DNA of 64,000 nt from Patescibacteria group bacterium UBA3466 (GTDB taxonomy: Bacteria > Patescibacteriota > Minisyncoccia > Phycocordibacterales > UBA918). The notes under the pieces were generated by a model. That model did no database searches. It was given only the letters and a program-made list of their open reading frames with translations, and was not told the origin of the DNA. Positions 59,455 through 64,000 of the stretch are shown here, one piece after another; position 1 is the first letter of the stretch; each line of letters begins with the position of its first letter. Location: contig DFRJ01000001.1 of the NCBI GenBank assembly GCA_002378195.1, forward strand, positions 29,517 through 93,516, given 5' to 3'. A program made the position numbers and the translations under genes.

Positions 59455-61269
59455 CTAATTACTTTCATTTGCCATCTGTCGCACCCACTTGCCGTACTTA
59501 TCAGACATTTTATCAAAACCATTTTTATTGGTCGTGATGGTTTTCTTACCGTGAACCATTTTGATAGCAGCCTTGAGATTTACTTTTTTGCTTGGTTTCA
59601 CACCCTCCATTACCTTTTGTATTTTCTTAGTATTTCGCAAAGTGGCATCAGCTGACTGGGTTAGTTCTTTGATAATTGCTTTAGTTGAAAGCTTCTTACC
59701 GGTCGCCAGCTTCACACAGGTCATAAAATCTTCTTTTGCACCAAGTGCCCACACCCTCTTCATCTCCTTCCCTACGTTTGAATTATCGACGATGTGGCCA
59801 TACTTTTTGTAGAAGTACTCGCGCCACTGCGAGAGCGCAATCTCAGCCAGTCCATAGCCGTGGTAGCTACATGAACTTTCCCAAGAGTATATATGAGGCA
59901 CATTCAAGAGCATCAATGATGATTCGCTAAGATCGGTGAATTTTTGGTGATTTTTACGGGCCACCTTCTTGATATTCTCTTCAGTGACGTTTCTTAATTC
60001 ATAAATATCCCGCTCAAAGGCCGACACCATCGCTATAGACAGGATCCTACTAGGCTTCAGAAGCTCAGTAGCGCGTACTGCACGCTCGTGCAGTACAAAA
60101 GGATACGATTCCCCGTCCGCATTCTTGGCATAGCGGGCTTTCCATTCATAGCTAGCCATAATGGTATCGATAAACATGCTCTGGGTCTCAGACCAAGCAG
60201 CGGTTTGCGGAGCGTATTCATGGTTGAGGCACACATCTTGCTGTTCAATATTTAAGAAATGAGCCGCGTGCCCTCCTTCATGAAACAACGTGCGATATCC
60301 AACCGATCCAGAACCCACTTGCCCCGCCACTACATTACACGTGAAATTAGCTGACCCTGGTGATCGCTTTCCGGCATTAAAATGAACCAGCTTCGGCCAA
60401 TGACAAAAACCATTACTGTACTTCCCTTCTCGGTCCAGGAGATCGAGGGTGAGTTCTCCGCCCTTAAAGTCAATTCCAAGTCCAGCAAAAGACCGCCCCC
60501 AACGATCAAGCGCTTCCTCAAACTGAAAGTAGGGATCCTCTTCTTCAATAAAATTCCCCAACATCATATACCCAAAATTCCATGGCTTGCGTAAGCGTGG
60601 ACGTTTCTTTTCCAACTTCCGCAACTCAAGAAACGTTCCTTTGGTTTTATCCGCGATCTCGTCAAATAAACCAAACAGCTGTTCTTTGGACATCTTATCT
60701 TCCCGGTGCAGATTATAATCAAAGAAATCTGCAAAACCGACGGCTTGGGCAAACTGATTTCTTAGTTTTATCAGTTGGACATACTCGGTGAGACAGCTTT
60801 CGGCCAGCTTTTCTCTGGCTGCAAAACAAGCTTTTCTCAACTTTTCGTCGGGGCTAGTCTGCATCAGTGTGCGCATTTTTAAGATCGATGCTTTGACAAA
60901 TTTACTGGTCTTCGGATCAATATACCCCTCCTTTCTCTTGGCCAGTTTGTTTTGAATCTTTGATTCCAGTACATCAATCTTGTACTTGAGTTTTTTAGCC
61001 TCATCACTCATTTGGTATAGCCCGAAAAAATGTATCCAATCCTGAAGCCGTTCTTTATCTTTCTTGTTCGCTGATAGTGCTAGCGCTTCGGCCTGTTCTT
61101 TTAGTTTTTTGTCACTACGGAAGTGGTCGACGGCCTGCAAAGCTCTGTCCTTTTGCTCGGCGAGCGCACGGTCGCCCATGTAATACTTCCAAAATAAATC
61201 TTCGTATTTTTTATGTAAACTGACGTACCTTTTATTCAAAGTATGTAAAAATTTCTGAGTTTCTGTCAT
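59455..61269 (-). CDS. M3-family metallopeptidase
   Basis: REGKYSNGFCH, TLFHEGGHAAH, ETQSMF. Confidence 0.85.
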   Translation of the reverse strand: MTETQKFLHTLNKRYVSLHKKYEDLFWKYYMGDRALAEQKDRALQAVDHFRSDKKLKEQAEALALSANKKDKERLQDWIHFFGLYQMSDEAKKLKYKIDVLESKIQNKLAKRKEGYIDPKTSKFVKASILKMRTLMQTSPDEKLRKACFAAREKLAESCLTEYVQLIKLRNQFAQAVGFADFFDYNLHREDKMSKEQLFGLFDEIADKTKGTFLELRKLEKKRPRLRKPWNFGYMMLGNFIEEEDPYFQFEEALDRWGRSFAGLGIDFKGGELTLDLLDREGKYSNGFCHWPKLVHFNAGKRSPGSANFTCNVVAGQVGSGSVGYRTLFHEGGHAAHFLNIEQQDVCLNHEYAPQTAAWSETQSMFIDTIMASYEWKARYAKNADGESYPFVLHERAVRATELLKPSRILSIAMVSAFERDIYELRNVTEENIKKVARKNHQKFTDLSESSLMLLNVPHIYSWESSCSYHGYGLAEIALSQWREYFYKKYGHIVDNSNVGKEMKRVWALGAKEDFMTCVKLATGKKLSTKAIIKELTQSADATLRNTKKIQKVMEGVKPSKKVNLKAAIKMVHGKKTITTNKNGFDKMSDKYGKWVRQMANESN

Positions 61270-61327
61270 GTTTAAAATCTACCACAGATTGTTTCTGAAG
61301 TGGGTGCGTAACTTCTGGGACAATTGG

Positions 61328-62251
61328 CTAGAGCCAATCATTCCGACGAAAGTACCAAACCATCACACCTACCGCCACTACTACTACACCAACCACTATC
61401 ATAAATGCATTCGGATTAGCCGCAAAAGGCAGTGCCACGTTCATGCCATACAATGAGGCGATCACCATTGGTATGGTGAGGAGAATAGTCAAAACGGTCA
61501 GTGTCTTGATGCGTGAGTTCAAATTGATGGCCAGAATCGCTTCTGAAGCACTGCGCAAATTTTGAATTGTTTTCAAGAGTGTTCGAGCAGATTCAACCAC
61601 CTGCTCATTAGCAATTCGCACATCGTCAATCAGCTCTTTGTCCTCGGGGAAAATCTGCACATATGACCCGGTAGCCACCTTTTGCAATGACACGTTGGTC
61701 GGCACTACCGCCGAAACCATTTCGTTAAGTTTGTGCTCGAAGTTTACAAAGTGCTCCACTTCACGATTACTAATCCGACGAATCTTAGAGCGATCTTTAT
61801 TTACTGCGCGCCGTAATTGAATGAGCTCTCTCTCAAACGAGCTAGTGACCGATTCCATAACTTGAATGAATAGCTTGGTCTTTTGGGTGGTAAAAAACTC
61901 AATTTTGCCTTCAAGTAAAGTTTCTAGTCGCGGCACTTTTGTCAAAGCTACCGTTAAAACAAAAGCCTCACCGGTCACAATAAGTAGCGGCGCGGTATCC
62001 GACTCTTTATTTTTATCTTGGTGCGGGTAGCGAGTAAAGAAGTAACTCACCTCCCCCACCTTCTCGAGACGCGGAACCTCAAAGAAGTCTAGTGAGTCTT
62101 CAACAATGTTCATATCGAGGTCGAGTTGCTCACTCAAATCCTCCAACTCCGCTCGTGTCGGATTTTCCGCATGAATCCACACACCATTACGCAATTCGCT
62201 AATCTGCTTTAAGGAGGCATCTTGCACAGTGCGGAAGTAGTACTTAATCAT
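61328..62251 (-). CDS. corA: CorA-family magnesium transporter
   Basis: YGMN signature with two C-terminal TMs. Confidence 0.9.
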   Translation of the reverse strand: MIKYYFRTVQDASLKQISELRNGVWIHAENPTRAELEDLSEQLDLDMNIVEDSLDFFEVPRLEKVGEVSYFFTRYPHQDKNKESDTAPLLIVTGEAFVLTVALTKVPRLETLLEGKIEFFTTQKTKLFIQVMESVTSSFERELIQLRRAVNKDRSKIRRISNREVEHFVNFEHKLNEMVSAVVPTNVSLQKVATGSYVQIFPEDKELIDDVRIANEQVVESARTLLKTIQNLRSASEAILAINLNSRIKTLTVLTILLTIPMVIASLYGMNVALPFAANPNAFMIVVGVVVVAVGVMVWYFRRNDWL

Positions 62252-62428
62252 GAGAGTATCGTACCACACACAAAACTACTCGCATTTTTTGAACTAAGAT
62301 GGTATATTTTGCGAACTTAAATGCGCATAACTACGCATGAAAGTCGAGTGATGATCGGGCTGTAAGCAAAGCTTGCACCCCTTCGTTCGGAAACTAAGTG
62401 TAAGCCAGCTTCCACTTCTTTCCTCTCT

Positions 62429-62499
62429 CGGGGTGTAGCATAATGGTAGTGTACACGGTTTGGGACCGTGCGGCCCGGGTTCGATTCCCGGCTCCCCGA
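62429..62499 (+). tRNA. tRNA-Pro(TGG), CCA not encoded
   Basis: CACGG-TTTGGGA-CCGTG anticodon arm, CCGGG-TTCGATT-CCCGG T arm. Confidence 0.93.
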
Positions 62500-62648
62500 C
62501 AGCGAGTAAAATGGTCAGACTGTAGTCTGGCCATTTTACTTCTGTGGCCGGGATCGAAAAGGTTAGTCAGGTACTTTTGCGAATGCTTGGAGCAAAATAT
62601 CGACAACCTGCACTGAACCTGTAAGGTTCGATTCCCGGCTCCCCGACA
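62478..62648 (+). repeat. 24-bp duplication of the tRNA-Pro 3' end with a 147-bp period
   Basis: GGTTCGATTCCCGGCTCCCCGACA at 62478-62501 and 62625-62648. Confidence 0.9.
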
Positions 62649-62749
62649 AAGAATTGAATAATCGGACCGTAGGTCTGATTATTTTTATTTTATGACCGCG
62701 ATCGAAGTGGCTAGTCGGACATCGTACATAAGAGGTTTACTGACTGAAT

Positions 62750-63276
62750 TGTTTCACGTGAAACGTGAATCACGCGGCGTAAACCCCTGGCAAAATGCCT
62801 GATTTGCTACACATGAAACTAACCTAGCACAATATTCCTCATATACTTAGCAGTAGCATACTTTTCACGTGGAACTATTCTAACTGCAATAACATCCACT
62901 TCCCACTCCCCATCATAGTCATTCTCCATAATCCAACTTTCAATTGCCCTATTCAGCCGCCTGATCTTAGAATAATGTACATTTTCCTCTGGCCGCCAGG
63001 TTCCACGTGAAATAGCCTCATCAAGTTCCCTCTTTGTTTCATATGAAACAGTTTTTACCTCAACAAACCTAATAATAGCGCTATTTTTAGTAGTTTCACG
63101 TGCAACAATGTCTATTTCTCCCCATTTTTTAAGGTAATTTACCTGCAATACTGCAAAACCCTTCCTTTTTAGGTAATTTGTGGCAATTTCCTCCCCAAGA
63201 GCGCCAATTTTATTCTTTTCTCCTTGTTTATCGCTTTGTTTCATGTGTAACAGATCAAAATGTTTCACGTGAAACG
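62750..63276. promoter_or_regulatory. Cluster of parS-like sites
   Basis: TGTTTCACGTGAAAC at 62750 and 63261; variants at 62861, 62999, 63035, 63092 and 63237. Confidence 0.85.
62819..63268 (-). CDS. yraN: YraN family (UPF0102) protein
   Basis: GALGEEIA..YL...G, GEIDIVA, FVEVKT. Confidence 0.88.
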   Translation of the reverse strand: MKHFDLLHMKQSDKQGEKNKIGALGEEIATNYLKRKGFAVLQVNYLKKWGEIDIVARETTKNSAIIRFVEVKTVSYETKRELDEAISRGTWRPEENVHYSKIRRLNRAIESWIMENDYDGEWEVDVIAVRIVPREKYATAKYMRNIVLG

Positions 63277-63415
63277 TTTAGATCTTAGCGTTTATTAAAT
63301 GTTTTATAAAAAACCCTTGTATTATAACACTTTTTTATAAAGGACATTTGGATAATAGATCTGTGGATTGTCCCTTATCCACCTATCCACACAGTTTTCC
63401 CCAGTTATCCACAGC
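63277..63415. other. Probable replication origin (AT-rich tract plus DnaA boxes)
   Basis: TTATCCACA at 63405; near-boxes at 63347, 63362, 63375, 63383 and 63395; adjacent parS cluster. Confidence 0.7.
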
Positions 63416-63498
63416 TAAATTGATCAAACCACACAGCCATGATTACAAATGTCTGCGGCCTAACCCCCGTGGGCTATGAGATGATCCCCAGGGAGGGT

Positions 63499-63687
63499 GG
63501 CTGCAGGGAATCGGTCACCTATTCAGCCTAGTCTTAAGTACTTGGTGCCCCAGCTCGCCTATTTTCTCCCTTATGAGGGGGAGAAAATTATGGCTCCGCT
63601 TCACAAATAGTGTACGCAAGCCAAGCAGTTGGCTTGCTATAAACAAAATCACCTGATTACTCAGGTGATTTTGCTTATACACTTTTG
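63499..63687 (-). mobile_element. Structured gene-end element after tRNA-Gly(GCC)
   Basis: Homologous to 50991-51245; 63499-63513 duplicates tRNA sequence 63691-63705 (14/15), preceded by GGTGAC. Confidence 0.7.
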
Positions 63688-63758
63688 TGCGGCTACAGGG
63701 AATCGAACCCTGATCTTATCGTTGGCAACGATACGTTCTACCACTAAACTATAGCCGC
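63688..63758 (-). tRNA. tRNA-Gly(GCC), CCA not encoded
   Basis: GCGGCTA/TAGCCGC acceptor stem, TATCG-TTGCCAA-CGATA anticodon arm, GTTCGA T-loop. Confidence 0.95.
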
Positions 63759-63770
63759 TTATTTATTGTC

Positions 63771-64000
63771 TTACCAAGACTTTTTAACTAATTGCACCCA
63801 AGCTTTTAGTTTTTGTTTGTGGTAAGTGCTGGCGATTATAGTATTTCCCACGCTTTTCTGCAACACTTTATCTGAACTCTTATTTACAAACTGATTCTTG
63901 TAAAAGGCGGTGTAGGGAAGAGAAGTGCATTTAGACCACTGTTTCATGGCTTTTTCTTCGCTTGCTTGGCCGTAAAGCTGCAACCAAAGGTGGATTTTGG
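63771..64000 (-). CDS. Hypothetical protein, 3' part (start outside window)
   Basis: Frame is open to the window edge: KIHLWLQLYGQASEEKAMKQW... Confidence 0.5.
   Translation of the reverse strand, partial: KIHLWLQLYGQASEEKAMKQWSKCTSLPYTAFYKNQFVNKSSDKVLQKSVGNTIIASTYHKQKLKAWVQLVKKSW

Overview
64-kb chromosomal window from a bacterium with a Patescibacteria/CPR (Parcubacteria-like) gene repertoire; the taxonomy is inferred from gene content and style. Core genes: fusA, rpsG, rpsL, rpmB, nusA, tig, clpP, rny, recJ, rnhA, pgk, tpiA, ppa, HU, a split comEC and a type IV pilus cluster. There are three tRNAs (Gly-TCC, Pro-TGG, Gly-GCC) and, at the right end, a parS cluster plus DnaA boxes (probable oriC). 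No integrase, transposase or cas gene is visible. The main signals are non-coding. (1) Downstream of tRNA-Gly(TCC) lies an integron-like array of five single-gene units of 462-803 bp. They are separated by a conserved ~31-bp repeat ending in the tRNA 3' sequence ACCCGCAC, and internal evidence suggests sequential addition at the tRNA. (2) A family of ~150-260-bp structured elements sits at the 3' ends of fusA, clpP, a pilin gene and tRNAs. Several base-pair with the host gene end and/or duplicate it; at clpP the duplicate is synonymously recoded. (3) One- or two-gene modules are flanked by direct repeats of 75, 48 and 11 bp at hairpins. All repeat comparisons were made by eye.
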